DNA from: Candidatus Thorarchaeota archaeon
GTDB taxonomy: Archaea; Asgardarchaeota; Thorarchaeia; Thorarchaeales; Thorarchaeaceae
DNA: 64,000 nt
Assembly: GCA_963726195.1 (NCBI GenBank)
Contig: CAVSBO010000005.1
Location: 128,001-192,000, forward strand
Direction: 5' to 3'
In this document: positions 30,101-40,990 of the stretch, piece by piece
Position numbering within the stretch: position 1 is the stretch's first letter
Layout: each line of letters begins with the position of its first letter
Made by a program: the position numbers and the translations under genes
The notes under the pieces: generated by a model
Seen by the model: only the letters and a program-made list of their open reading frames with translations
Databases searched by the model: none
What the model was told of the DNA's origin: nothing

Positions 30101-31936
30101 CTACTGAGATTGCAGCCCTGCTAGGCCAAGTTCTTTGACCTTCGACTTGGGTGGTTTTCCTGTTCGCCTGTCCCATCCCCTGTACTGGTACCACTTGTTG
30201 AGTTGAGCCTCCACATCAGGAACGTGACCTTCTGACGGCCCCTTGAGAGGATGAAGGACAATCTCCGGTAGCTTTTCGTTCTTGGGGTCGTAGCCCATCT
30301 TCAGATTGAAGAGACGCATCAGGGTGAATATTCTCTCGCCCGCACGCTTCAGGTCGTCAACCGAATATGTCCAGCCTGTCACGAGCGTAAGGAGTTCAGC
30401 GAGTTCGGTTGATGCTATGGGATAGAAATGGCACATGACTGCTGAATTGGTGATGCATCTGAAGTCCTGAAACTTGGCGACTAGGTCTGCTTCGTTTCCG
30501 AACCTATCCTGACTCTCAATGCCGAACCCTTCGTCTCCTTGACCCATCTGAACATTGTACATATCTGCGGTCATATGGCAAGCTCCTCGGGGAGAGGTTG
30601 CATAGGTCATCGCCATGCCCGAAAACCCGCGCACATCGTGTTGGGCCAGCTCGAGCCCGTTGACCTGTGGTGCTAGATTTCCCACGCCGAACTTGTTACC
30701 GAAGGCGAGGCTTCCTTCAGCCATCAGGTTACCTACGCCCTCTCTCTTCGCTATCTTCTGGAGCAGAGCCAGAGCAGAATCAATCTCTCCCCACTCAGGC
30801 TTGATGCCGTCTAAGTCCTTCGCCGCAATTTTCCCCTGCTTGAACAGGTAGTATGCGAATGCAACTGTGTTTCCTCCAGTGATAGTGTCAATCCCTAGGA
30901 GGTCGAGCTGCTTGTTGGCATAGGCCAGCGCCTCAAGGTTATTGTTGAGTAGCTGTGCTCCCATTGTCCCAGTGACTTCGAGCTCAGGACCCGCGAACCG
31001 GCCGGTTGCGTATTTTCCCTCTTTGATTTCAATCACGCGACCGCAGCCAATTGGGCATCGGAAGCATGCGCTCTTGCCAACGAGGATCTTCTCCTTGACT
31101 GTGGATCCGCTGATGTTGTAAGTAGAGAAGTCAGGCACAGAATAATACCCGGCCGTAAACGATCCATACATGTCAGTCGCCATGTCGATAAACCCTGCAG
31201 TGCCCAACTCGGAATAGAGTCTGAATGTGGCTGTGTCCTTCTTTTCCTCGTTCAGTTGCCTGCAGCGTTCAGCAAGTTTCTGTTCATCCACGACTGGCAC
31301 TTTCCTGTCTGTGCCGTTGACGACTATCGCCTTGAGCTTCTTTGAGCCCATCACGGCGCCAAGACCGGCCCTGCCCGCTGCTCTGAAGTGATCTATGATG
31401 ATGCTCGCATACTTGACCAGATTCTCTCCGGCTATCCCAATGCGCGCGATGCCTGCGTTCTTGAAACCGGTCTCGGTCTTGAGGGTCTCCCATACTTTCT
31501 CTGTGTCCTTGCCCCAGAGGTGTTTCGCATCCCTGATCTCGACCTTCGAATCGTCAACGAGTAGGTAAACGGGCTTCTTGGACTGACCCGTAATCATTAT
31601 GCCATCATATCCGGCAAACTTGATGTCCGCCCCGAGGTGGCCTCCGAATGTGCTGTGTGCCCATAGTCCCGTTAATGGCGACTTTGAGCAGGCAGAGGTC
31701 TTGCTGCCGCATGGTACCATGGTTCCACAAAATGGCCCGTTCATGATGAGAAGAGGATTGCTAGGTCCCAGCGGATCCGTCTTCGCATCGACCATGTCGT
31801 AAAGCATTCTGCATGCAAGCCCGGCCCCGCCAATGAAATCCCGTGCCATGTCTTGATCCAACGGTGCAATGGAAGTAGCGCCTGAAGCAAGGTCAACTCG
31901 CAGAATCTTGTCCCGGTAACCTTTCATGTTTTTCAC
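30101..31936 (-). CDS. aor: Tungsten aldehyde:ferredoxin oxidoreductase family protein
   Basis: KSPLTG, GIAGEN, AGRAGLGAVMGSKKLKA, CFRCPIGC, DLLGID and RGACH motifs. Confidence 0.9.
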   Translation of the reverse strand: MKNMKGYRDKILRVDLASGATSIAPLDQDMARDFIGGAGLACRMLYDMVDAKTDPLGPSNPLLIMNGPFCGTMVPCGSKTSACSKSPLTGLWAHSTFGGHLGADIKFAGYDGIMITGQSKKPVYLLVDDSKVEIRDAKHLWGKDTEKVWETLKTETGFKNAGIARIGIAGENLVKYASIIIDHFRAAGRAGLGAVMGSKKLKAIVVNGTDRKVPVVDEQKLAERCRQLNEEKKDTATFRLYSELGTAGFIDMATDMYGSFTAGYYSVPDFSTYNISGSTVKEKILVGKSACFRCPIGCGRVIEIKEGKYATGRFAGPELEVTGTMGAQLLNNNLEALAYANKQLDLLGIDTITGGNTVAFAYYLFKQGKIAAKDLDGIKPEWGEIDSALALLQKIAKREGVGNLMAEGSLAFGNKFGVGNLAPQVNGLELAQHDVRGFSGMAMTYATSPRGACHMTADMYNVQMGQGDEGFGIESQDRFGNEADLVAKFQDFRCITNSAVMCHFYPIASTELAELLTLVTGWTYSVDDLKRAGERIFTLMRLFNLKMGYDPKNEKLPEIVLHPLKGPSEGHVPDVEAQLNKWYQYRGWDRRTGKPPKSKVKELGLAGLQSQ

Positions 31937-31939
31937 CTC

Positions 31940-33118
31940 TCAGAAGTCAATCGGCTTGCCGGCGTACATGTATTCATACATCTTGCGGATTCCCTCGCTG
32001 TCTATATCTCGAGGATTCATCGTTATGCTTGAATCCATCATCGCGTATTGCACTAACTTGTCCAGTCCGTTTTTGAACTCCTTTTCAGAGATGCCTGCCT
32101 TCTTCAGACTCGCTGGAAAACCAACACTGACCTGTAGTTGTCTGATTCTCTTGGCGAAGGTCCTCGCGGCAAGCTCCGGATCTGTTTTCCTGATTCCGAC
32201 GAGTGCTCCGAGCTCCGCGTACTGGCGTGCGGCGTTGGCATTGCCCTTGCAGTTGTATTCGATAGTAAGTGGGAGCGCCAGACCGACCGCAAGTCCGTGC
32301 TGAACTCTGAGTACGGAGCCAAGACTATGTCCAAGAGAATGCCCGAGCGCAACTTGAGAGTTGCTGAACGACATCCCCGCGAGGTCTGCGGCAATCAGCA
32401 TCTTTTCTCTCGCTTGTAGATCAGCGAGGTTTTCAACCGATTTCGGTAGCCATTCGAACACCATTTGTACCGTCTTGAGCGTGCATGCGTCCGAGAAATC
32501 ATTCTTCCATACTGAAACGTATGCTTCGACAGCATGTGTCAGAGCATCCAGTCCCGTGTAGGCTGTGAGTTCTTTTGGAAGTCCCTTCACGAATCCGGGT
32601 TCAAGGATTGCTATGTCAGGGCAGAGCTCCGGATTGTTCGTCGCGAATTTCCGTCCGGTTTCGTCTTCTCTGATCACCACCGCCTTCGTGGCTTCGGAAC
32701 CGGTCCCTGCAGTTGTCGGTATGCATACAAGCTTCGCCTTATGCCGCAAGTCAAGAGGCTGCAGTGGAGTGACGGCGTCAAGATGGATCTCTGGATGCTC
32801 ATACAGGACCCAGGCAGCCTTTGCAGTATCCATGACGCTGCCTCCGCCGACTGCAATGATTGTATCGGCCGCGAATCTTCTCATCGCTTCGGCTGCATTC
32901 TTCACGCTGGAGACCCTTGGATCAGGTTCTGCGTTGTCCCAGATGGCAACAGACCATTGTTTGTCATGAAGTATATCAGAGATTCTCTCAGGGAAACCAA
33001 AGCCCGCGACAACTTTGTCTGTCACAATGAGTGCATTCTTTCCTGGCATTTGCTCTAATTCAGTTGTAAGTGCATCTTCGCCAAAGACAACTCTCGGCAC
33101 GCTGAACCACCAAACCAT
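31940..33118 (-). CDS. Iron-containing alcohol dehydrogenase
   Basis: GGGSVMD, PTTAGTGSE, DALTHAVE, GHSLGH and HG motifs. Confidence 0.92.
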   Translation of the reverse strand: MVWWFSVPRVVFGEDALTTELEQMPGKNALIVTDKVVAGFGFPERISDILHDKQWSVAIWDNAEPDPRVSSVKNAAEAMRRFAADTIIAVGGGSVMDTAKAAWVLYEHPEIHLDAVTPLQPLDLRHKAKLVCIPTTAGTGSEATKAVVIREDETGRKFATNNPELCPDIAILEPGFVKGLPKELTAYTGLDALTHAVEAYVSVWKNDFSDACTLKTVQMVFEWLPKSVENLADLQAREKMLIAADLAGMSFSNSQVALGHSLGHSLGSVLRVQHGLAVGLALPLTIEYNCKGNANAARQYAELGALVGIRKTDPELAARTFAKRIRQLQVSVGFPASLKKAGISEKEFKNGLDKLVQYAMMDSSITMNPRDIDSEGIRKMYEYMYAGKPIDF

Positions 33119-33150
33119 TGGAACTGACCACCTCTCTTCGCTGATAGATT

Positions 33151-33184
33151 CAGACTGTTCTGGTATTGTGAGCTTGACAGTCTG
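33151..33184. promoter_or_regulatory. Inverted repeat in the leader of the ADH-AOR genes (operator or hairpin)
   Basis: CAGACTGT-N18-ACAGTCTG lies between a minus-strand TATA-like element (~33196-33203) and the ADH start codon. Confidence 0.3.
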
Positions 33185-33226
33185 CGAACAGGTCCTTATA
33201 TGTAGTGTACCAGAGAGCTATGGCAC

Positions 33227-34327
33227 TCAACGGCTCGCCTTTGTCTGAATTCTCTTGGGGGCGAGTTCGAGTGTTCTCACTGCCTCTTCCACGATACTAG
33301 CAATCAGTTCCTTTACAGTCGGAATATCCTTCACTCTGCCTGTGACCTCTCCACCCAGCATCAGTGCAGTATCGGGTTTTGCACTCATCAGGTCACCAAA
33401 TCCCGCTTTCTCAATTCCGAGTATGTCTTCGTTGGATTCAACCGGCTGTCCGAGATAGAATCCGGGGAGATCTTGCAGAGTCTGCTGGACTATTTGTTCC
33501 GACCGACTATTCCGAAGGAACCTCATAGGACCGAAAACTCCTCTGCCGACGAGTGTCTGACGTTCTTCTCTATCAATGATTGCTTGTTTCCAGACCGGCT
33601 CGAAGTCGCTCTCTTGAGTGGCGATGAACCTCGTACCCATCTGAACTCCTTCCGCACCCAGACACAGAGCTGCCGCGAGTGTCCTGCCATCACAGAAACC
33701 TCCCGCTGCTACAACTGGTGTCTTGACCGCCTTCGCCACGGCTGGTACAAGTACGGTGGAATGAACAGGCTCCCACGAAACGTGGGCTCCTCCCTCGTGA
33801 CCCGATGCTATTATGACGTCAGCACCTGCGGCTTCTGCCTTGCGTGCATGGTACACCGACGGCACCACGTGAAACCAAAGCAGACCGTGCTCCTTGATTC
33901 TCGCCCATGGTTTCGGATTGCCTGCAGATGTGATGATGACACGAAGCCGCCTTTCGATGTCAGAGTCATTCTCGCGTGCTTCAATCGTCTGCTTAACGAA
34001 CATCTCAGAGGCAATTGTGAATTCGGATGCGACCGGCACATTGACGCCGAAGACACCACCCGATCCCCTTGTCCCCTTGGCAACAGCCTCTATGGATTTC
34101 TGGAGGATGACCGTAGGCGGGTCCGTTCCAAAGAGCCGAACTGCATCAATCGGAGCGGCTTCAGGCAGCATGCTCGCGGCCATACCGATGCTGCTTATGA
34201 CACCCAGAGCTCCTGCATTCGACACTGCGGTTGCCAAGGTTTGCGTCTTGTATGGGCCCATTCCACCTTGGAGTATTGGGTGTTGAATGCCCAGAAGATC
34301 GCAGAGAACCGTGTGAATACGTTTCAT
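33227..34327 (-). CDS. Nitronate monooxygenase / FabK-like FMN oxidoreductase
   Basis: PILQGGM, AVSNAGALG, GHEGGAH, AAGG and GVQMGTRFIATQES motifs. Confidence 0.88.
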   Translation of the reverse strand: MKRIHTVLCDLLGIQHPILQGGMGPYKTQTLATAVSNAGALGVISSIGMAASMLPEAAPIDAVRLFGTDPPTVILQKSIEAVAKGTRGSGGVFGVNVPVASEFTIASEMFVKQTIEARENDSDIERRLRVIITSAGNPKPWARIKEHGLLWFHVVPSVYHARKAEAAGADVIIASGHEGGAHVSWEPVHSTVLVPAVAKAVKTPVVAAGGFCDGRTLAAALCLGAEGVQMGTRFIATQESDFEPVWKQAIIDREERQTLVGRGVFGPMRFLRNSRSEQIVQQTLQDLPGFYLGQPVESNEDILGIEKAGFGDLMSAKPDTALMLGGEVTGRVKDIPTVKELIASIVEEAVRTLELAPKRIQTKASR

Positions 34328-34440
34328 GATTACTGTCGGTTGTCAGCCGCGATTTAAGTCTGACATTCGCAATAACGAGTGCCAAGAAAGCAGCAGCAGA
34401 ACAGATGGAGAGTCGGACCATGGCTTGCTGAAAAGAAGAT

Positions 34441-34488
34441 TAGACAAGGAAAAGAAACAAGGAGCCGGGAGAGATAGTCTCCGGCTCA
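34441..34488 (-). terminator. Putative hairpin plus T-rich terminator after the SCP2 gene
   Basis: On the minus strand GAGCCGGAGA...CCCGGCTC forms a stem at the stop codon, followed by TTGTTTCTTTTCCTT. Confidence 0.4.
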
Positions 34489-34908
34489 TTTTTCATCTGG
34501 GAACTTGGTAGGTACCTTAGTTGCGGTCGTGACGAGCTCGGCTGCAGCCTTGGTGTAGCGCATGACCTTACCCATGTCTCCCTTCAACGCGAACTTGCGA
34601 GCCATCAGGCCCTTGATGGGATCTATCTGGCCTGCAAGCAGGAGCTTCCAGTTCTTCAGCGGTCCTGCGTACTCGAACGCGGCCGTTTGACCAGGTGCTG
34701 CAAGAGCAACCTTCCTACAATTGCCATGCCAAAGATCGATGTATGCGCGGGCGGGCTGCTTTACTGTTGTTCCGTCTGCGTCAATCTGAAAAATAAAATC
34801 ACCTTCCCAATCTTTGGCAGCATCTTTGTATGCCGCGTTCTTGTTCAGTATCTCTTGGTATTTCTTCAGCCATTGTTCAGAGAAGAAGTCAAACTTCTTT
34901 TCGCTCAT
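34486..34908 (-). CDS. SCP2 sterol/lipid-binding domain protein
   Basis: FFSEQW, WEGDF, DLWHGNC and GQIDPIKGLMARKFALKGDM are typical of stand-alone SCP2 domains. Confidence 0.88.
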   Translation of the reverse strand: MSEKKFDFFSEQWLKKYQEILNKNAAYKDAAKDWEGDFIFQIDADGTTVKQPARAYIDLWHGNCRKVALAAPGQTAAFEYAGPLKNWKLLLAGQIDPIKGLMARKFALKGDMGKVMRYTKAAAELVTTATKVPTKFPDEK

Positions 34909-35077
34909 GAGGCGTCATCCTCGTTTTTCGTTACTTCGAACAGGAGTAGCCGTGAGAGAAAAGCGTTCTGGCCAACCAGTGTGGTCTAGTTGGCCTGACA
35001 AAGCAACCTTCTCGCATAGCTTTTTATCATGAACGGGTGCAGACGCGCCAAACTCGCTTCTGAGGAGCCTGACAGCA

Positions 35078-38000
35078 TTGTTGCACGAGACCAAGAGCGA
35101 CAAGGTCCGGGATTTTGAGTTGACCTTGGAGGATGCAGCTCGACTGGCAGAGTGCTTCAACTCGTTCGATGATTCGGACAGTTGGCCGGGAGGTTTTACG
35201 AGAGGCATTCCGTTCAAGGCTGAGAGAGTCCTGGAAGACAAGTCGAAAAGAACCGATATCAGAACTCTTGTGGCATATGTTGGAAACTGGATAGTGGGCC
35301 ACTGCAATATTGCTCACGGAGAAATGGATCCCGAAGCAGCGTACGTTGGCACTCTTGGTGTCAACCCGAAGTATCAGGGTCAAGGATTCGGCAAGGCAAT
35401 GTTGATTGAAGCAGCTGAGACGGCGGCCCGCCTAGGAAAGCGAAGGATTGACCTCAACACATGGCCCGGCAACATCAAGGCCATGCCACTCTACAAACGT
35501 GTGGGATACAATTGGGTGCCCAGAACCAGAGTCCTAATGGAGTCATACATACCGGGAATCCTGAACTTCCCAGTGTTCGCAGAATTCTTCAGACGTTACG
35601 ACTGGTACGATGTTTTCACGCGCGAGATAAGTCAGGTTATGGATGATTCAGAAGAAGACGGGCTTGGCGTGTACAAGTACTCCTTCAAGGGGCAGAACGG
35701 TGATGAACTCGATGTCACCGTGGATAGGGAAGCCAAAGGCATCTGCGGCTTCAAACTTGTTCTGGATGGTCGTGAGCTAGGCGTCAGTCTAAGACCAGCG
35801 ACACATGTAGGATACATCGCTTTCGGGCAGGTACCAATGCGGCTCGTAGTATCGAGCGAGGCTGAGCATGATATGCCCATTGCAGTAAGCGCCGCTCCCA
35901 CTCAGGACTTGCTGGTAGAGCTACTGGGCGATACGAACGGACTCGTCTCAGCCGATCATCAGTTCATCTTGGAAGGATTCTACAGAATCCCAGAGACAGT
36001 CGAGCATGTTGATCGCGTGAGAGACCCGGTTGCCAAGGTGAAGACGCAAGCATGTTGGGAAATCACCTTGGGAGACGATACTTTCAATCTGTACAGCGGC
36101 ATCATACCGCATCTGGCCATCACGATTTCCTCCAACCCTATCTATCCCTGTGTGTCCCCCGGAGGGCAGGCCGAGATGGAGGTTGTTCTTCAGAGCAATC
36201 TCGACACAGGAGCCAAGGGAGAGGTTGTAATAGGTCCAGCCTCGGGGACGATTATGTGGTCCCGAGTCAATGGCTTCGAACTGGAGCCGGATGAGACTAA
36301 GGGAATCAGCATAGAGGCCACGACAGCGGCCGAAGATGACAACAGCGTTCTCTCGTTATTTGTCTCCGTCTTTGTGTACGAAGGCTCTGAGAAGAGCCTG
36401 GTCAACAGGAAAACGCTGAACATTCCGGTGTTAGGAGTCTCAGGAGCGGTCGCATACGAATCACTCGACGATTACCTTGTCATCGAGTCTGAGAGTTTCA
36501 GGTACACGATATCGAAGACGCCCCCGATGAGCTTCAGGTCGGTTGAGGACAAAACACAGCACAAGGCCATCAGAGGCTTTTTCCTCCTTCCCTCTGTCGG
36601 GTATCCGTTCCCATCGGGCGGCAGTGAATGGTCGCGGAAAGCATTCGATATCACTTTGACTAACAAGAAGGAATATGCCGAAATCCGATTGGAAGCAGAC
36701 TCAATCGAGAGGACTGGTGTCAGACTGACTGCACTATACAGAGCTTATCCCGGTCGACAGTATCTTGAGATTGTTAATAGGATAACCAACGTGGGCACTT
36801 CGAATCTCACCAACTTGGGAGTACAGGCTGAAGGTTGGTGGTTCGACATGACTGGGACAAGGATGTACGTTCCCATCAGAGGCAGCATATATGAGCTCGG
36901 CTCGATAGACTGGACAGGTGATAGGCAGCTGCCGGATGAGCCAAGTGCTTACCACGAGCCCTGGGCTGCGGTGTGTAGTTCGGACGGCGAATTGCTTGTT
37001 GGCTATGTCTGGGATGCCGATGGTCTGGTCAAGGTCGAACCTCGTCGGAGAGGAAGACTCAACAGAGTCGAATACAGATTGCCTGATCTCGAAGCGGGAG
37101 AGTCAACAGACAAGACCATGCTTAGGATAGTGACAGGCCGGGGCGGATGGAAGAACGTGCGCTCACTCTGGGCGCGGCTCGAATGGCCGGCTTGGTTACG
37201 AAATCGATATACAGGAGCCGAGGTCTGACTTGGAGTTTGGTATTGTTCCCAAGTCTTCGAGCTACTCTCGTGGGTCCGACAATTTGCTGATGATTGACAG
37301 GTCGCATCCGAACGACATGGAGGTTCGAGTCAGCGTGCTCCATGCGGATTTCATCTCAGGTCAACTGAGCATCACGATGCCTTCTGGCCTTACGGCCAAC
37401 AACAAAAGAAATCTCAGCTTTGACATCAACCGGCTCAACATAGATACTCCCTTCATCGCACCATTGACAATCACTGCGATGAAAGGAGGGAATTGGATTA
37501 GGAAGGAGGGTGAGGCCGTATTCCGCTTCGAGAACAGGATTGCGAGGTTTCCATTGGCCGCTGTCCTGTATGACTCGTCTGCTCCCGAACAAGCATCACT
37601 TCAGGTTCTGGAAGGAAACACACTCCACGAGCTCGAAACGGCTGACTCAAGCATATCGGTATCACCTGAGTACGCTGCCAGTTTAGTGAGGCTCTGCTTG
37701 TCGAAGAACGCAAATGTCTTCCAAGACACATTCCCCCATGCCGACCCCTTCTTGTGGGCTGATCGACACTACGCGGGTTTCAATCCGACCATAGGAGCGT
37801 GGGGAACTTGGGATTGGCAGTCTGGATTGCTCTTGGAGAAGTGGTCCATATCTGAAACAAGAGAAGGCCCTTGGGTTGGCTATGAGATGAAGACAATTCT
37901 GGAACACTGTCCCGGACTGAAAGGCATGGAGTTCAGCATAAGGCACATGCTGTTGAAAGGAACTCCCATTGTGCGCTCAGAAATCAGCGCCTACAATGCA

Positions 38001-38387
38001 ACAAGTCAGTCGAAGCGGGTTATGATGGGACTTCAGGGGATAGTGAGACTCAACAACCATCCACAGAGTGCCGTTTACGCAGAGGTAAATAACAGGCGAG
38101 TTGTCTACGAGCCAACAGTGTTTGGGGCTGATGTTATTCCCGCACCGGAAGAAGGCTGGGTGGCTCTTCGAGAGCCAGAAAGTGGCCTTGTTCTGGGTTT
38201 GATATCCGATCGCAAGACCGACGAAGTACTCAGCTTCGAGAATGTCAATGAGAATGCTCAATGGGTCAGGGTCGGTGGCCTCAGGTACTTCGGGCCTAGT
38301 GATCGTGTCTCGATAGCGTGTTACTTTGTGATGACTACTAATGTGGACGACGTTGTGTTGATAAGAAACCTAACAGCAAAAGCATAG
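35078..38387 (+). CDS. Large (~1,100 aa) protein with an N-terminal GNAT acetyltransferase domain; frameshift near 37181
   Basis: GNAT motif VNPKYQGQGFGK and NIKAMPLYKRVG. Deleting one base at CTC-G-AAT fuses the two ORFs (WARL-NGRLGYEIDIQEPRSDLEFG). Confidence 0.75.
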
Positions 38388-38393
38388 GCAGGG

Positions 38394-39848
38394 ATGAAAA
38401 CGAAGGGCTCAGTATCAAAACCAACCATCACGTTGCGTAGAGGCTTCTCCTTTCAACCTATGAAACGCTTGATGAGAACGGAGGACCTTATCCCAATCAA
38501 GTCGAAGCTCTTGGGTAACGGCATGTCCGTGAACTTCAGAGGTACCGATTATGGTATCGTCTACCCCGAGGAAGTCTGGAAGGCTACGCCTACTGAAACG
38601 CGGCGCGCCCTCAAAGACAACCTTGCTATGGCAACGACAATGCATCTGCCAATGATATTTCCCGGCTCTGGTGTGGATTATGATTCGGGCCGCCCTCTGC
38701 TTGAGCCGTATTTCATGTTGAACTTCTGGAAGGATATACCATCGGTCACAGAGGCGGACATGACTGACACAGCAGAAGCAATTCGTAAGTGGTATGATGT
38801 GGAATACCGGTTTGAAGATCAGACGGTTGTATATCCGTCCCCTGATTCCATCAAGTCACCGAGCAGAGCAGTTGTCGGACTGAGCTTTGGCAAGGATAGT
38901 CTTCTCACATTCGCAGTGGCAAATGAGATAGGACTTGATCCTGAGGGAGTGTACGCTGTTGAGCAGGGTCTCACGTACGAGGAGAAGCACAAGACCAACC
39001 TTGCAATCGGTTTCAAGAAGGAGTTCGGCAAGCAGCTGCACATTCTCAAACATGATACAGGCAAGCTGAGAGACTATAAGTACTTGGGTCTTCGTGAATC
39101 TGATTTTGGCTGGGGCCTTCAGTCGACAGAGTATGCTTTGGACTTGATACCCTTTGCATACTTCTACAATGCCAAGTACATACTCTTTGGGAACGAGCAA
39201 AGCTGTGCGGCAACATACATGGATCCTCCAGGCAATTGGCTCGTGAACCCGTGCTACGACCAATCACACCTGTGGACGGTTCATATTGATCAGATAACGC
39301 AGACGTTCTCTGGCCGGGTTGTGCGGACGGCAAGCCTGATTGAACCTCTGATGGACATGATGATACAGCGTACGCTTGCTCATCGCTACCCTGAGATGGC
39401 GAAGTATCAAATGAGTTGCTTCACGAGGAACGAAGAAGGTCGCGATTATCATTGGTGCCACAACTGCGCCGTGTGCGCTAAAATGTACCTTCTCTGTGTT
39501 GGGTCGGGCATTAATCCAGAAGCCATAGGGCTCAAGCAGAATATGCTGCGCGCAGAGAGCAAACCGTACTTCACCATGTTTGGCGGCAGATCCAACTTGC
39601 CCTATGCAAACACTGACATCTCAATCGACGAGCAGATATTCGCTTTCTACTGCGCAGCGAAGAAGGGTGCTCAGGGTGCATTGATTGACGAATTCAAACA
39701 AAGCAAGTTCTACCAAGAGGCGAATGACCGGGAAGACGAGCTCTTCGAGAAGTTCTGTTCTCTATACGACCCTATCTCCTTACCAAGAGAACTGCGAGAC
39801 AAGGTTCTGTCAATCTATAAGGAGGAGCTGTCGACATTCGAAATCTGA
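38394..39848 (+). CDS. PP-loop ATP pyrophosphatase, MurL (peptide Glu epimerase)-like
   Basis: PP-loop VVGLSFGKDS followed by FGNEQS, SLIEPL, MSC and WCHNCAVC, matching the motif order I recall for MurL. Confidence 0.65.
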   Translation: MKTKGSVSKPTITLRRGFSFQPMKRLMRTEDLIPIKSKLLGNGMSVNFRGTDYGIVYPEEVWKATPTETRRALKDNLAMATTMHLPMIFPGSGVDYDSGRPLLEPYFMLNFWKDIPSVTEADMTDTAEAIRKWYDVEYRFEDQTVVYPSPDSIKSPSRAVVGLSFGKDSLLTFAVANEIGLDPEGVYAVEQGLTYEEKHKTNLAIGFKKEFGKQLHILKHDTGKLRDYKYLGLRESDFGWGLQSTEYALDLIPFAYFYNAKYILFGNEQSCAATYMDPPGNWLVNPCYDQSHLWTVHIDQITQTFSGRVVRTASLIEPLMDMMIQRTLAHRYPEMAKYQMSCFTRNEEGRDYHWCHNCAVCAKMYLLCVGSGINPEAIGLKQNMLRAESKPYFTMFGGRSNLPYANTDISIDEQIFAFYCAAKKGAQGALIDEFKQSKFYQEANDREDELFEKFCSLYDPISLPRELRDKVLSIYKEELSTFEI

Positions 39849-39909
39849 GCCTGAGGTCTAGTATCAAGACAGGCTGGCATAGTTATAAGTTCGGGAAAAG
39901 AACCGCGAG

Positions 39910-40917
39910 TTGGTGGAATTCGTGCGAATAGGATTGATTCTGAACACACGACATGAGAATTCCGAGTTTGAGGTGGAGTATGATCCCCCTCACACCATAG
40001 AGCTGCTCAAGCATGGCATTGAGGCCACTGGACATGAGTATGTTTTCATCGAAGCCGATGAGAATGTTGTGGAGAACGTCAAGCTTGAGAAGCCTGACTT
40101 AGTGTTCAACAGAGCCGAAGGAATACATGGCGATAGCCGCGAGTCTCATGTTCCCGCTATTCTCGAAATGCTTGGCATCCCCTACGTCGGAGCGAAGGTG
40201 CTGTCCACAGCTGTGTGCCTCAACAAGGCTTGGACCAAGAAGTGTCTGGAGCACCACGACATCCGAACTGCCGAATTTCATGTCTGTCCGAGTGTTGAAG
40301 AGGCCAACAAGATTTCTTTCCATTACCCTGTAATTCTGAAGCCCAACGAAGAGGGCTCTTCCATGGGAATAAACGAGGATAACGTTGTACACGACATCAC
40401 TCATCTTCGTACCAAACTGAAGCAGATGCTCAAAGACTATCAACAAGGCATCTTGATTGAGCAATTCATCCAAGGTCGAGAATTCAGTGTCGGCGTGCTT
40501 GGTCGTGCAGGAAAGGAGTTCGAGGTGCTGCCCATTATTGAAATAGACTTCTCCAAGCTCCCGCCACAAGTCGGCAACGTATTTGGCCAACGAGCCAAGA
40601 CCATATATGACGGTCTCGACCATTATGTCTGTCCAGCTAAGGTAACAGCAGAGCTGAAAAAGACACTCGAACGTACTTCGATTGATGCTTGCCACTACTT
40701 GGATGTGCCCGATTTCGCAAGGATGGACTACCGCATGAATGATAAGGCCGAGGTGTACTTCTTGGAGATTAACCCCTTGCCGGGAATGGATTTCGACATG
40801 GACCACAACGACTTTTCGTTCTTTCCATATATGGGTATGAAGGCGGGATACTCCTACGACGAGCTCGTCCGTCGGCTCCTCGAATCTGCTTGCTACAGAT
40901 ACGGGCTGAAACTCTGA
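39910..40917 (+). CDS. D-Ala-D-Ala-ligase-like ATP-grasp enzyme
   Basis: VFNRAEG, LGIPYVG, KPNEEGSSMGI, EQFIQGREF, RMDYR and EINPLPG motifs. Confidence 0.88.
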   Translation: MVEFVRIGLILNTRHENSEFEVEYDPPHTIELLKHGIEATGHEYVFIEADENVVENVKLEKPDLVFNRAEGIHGDSRESHVPAILEMLGIPYVGAKVLSTAVCLNKAWTKKCLEHHDIRTAEFHVCPSVEEANKISFHYPVILKPNEEGSSMGINEDNVVHDITHLRTKLKQMLKDYQQGILIEQFIQGREFSVGVLGRAGKEFEVLPIIEIDFSKLPPQVGNVFGQRAKTIYDGLDHYVCPAKVTAELKKTLERTSIDACHYLDVPDFARMDYRMNDKAEVYFLEINPLPGMDFDMDHNDFSFFPYMGMKAGYSYDELVRRLLESACYRYGLKL

Positions 40918-40990
40918 ATGTCATGACATTCGACTTGGAAACGAAGACGTGCTCCGAGGCCTCCCAATGGCTGACAGGGCAGGTGATTAG

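Noticed and set aside
33473-34357. Long antisense ORFs (294 aa here; also 3210-3974, 4293-5039, 40099-40806, 44476-45111)
   Set aside because: They lie opposite well-supported genes and carry no recognisable motifs; shadow ORFs.
37226-37228. Selenocysteine or readthrough at the TGA ending the first GNAT ORF
   Set aside because: The downstream ORF is in a different frame; a 1-bp indel explains the split and I saw no SECIS-like element.
39910-40917. True ddl indicating peptidoglycan synthesis
   Set aside because: No murA-G, mraY or PBP genes in the window; the N-terminal motifs (EYDPPHTI, FNRAEG) differ from canonical Ddl.
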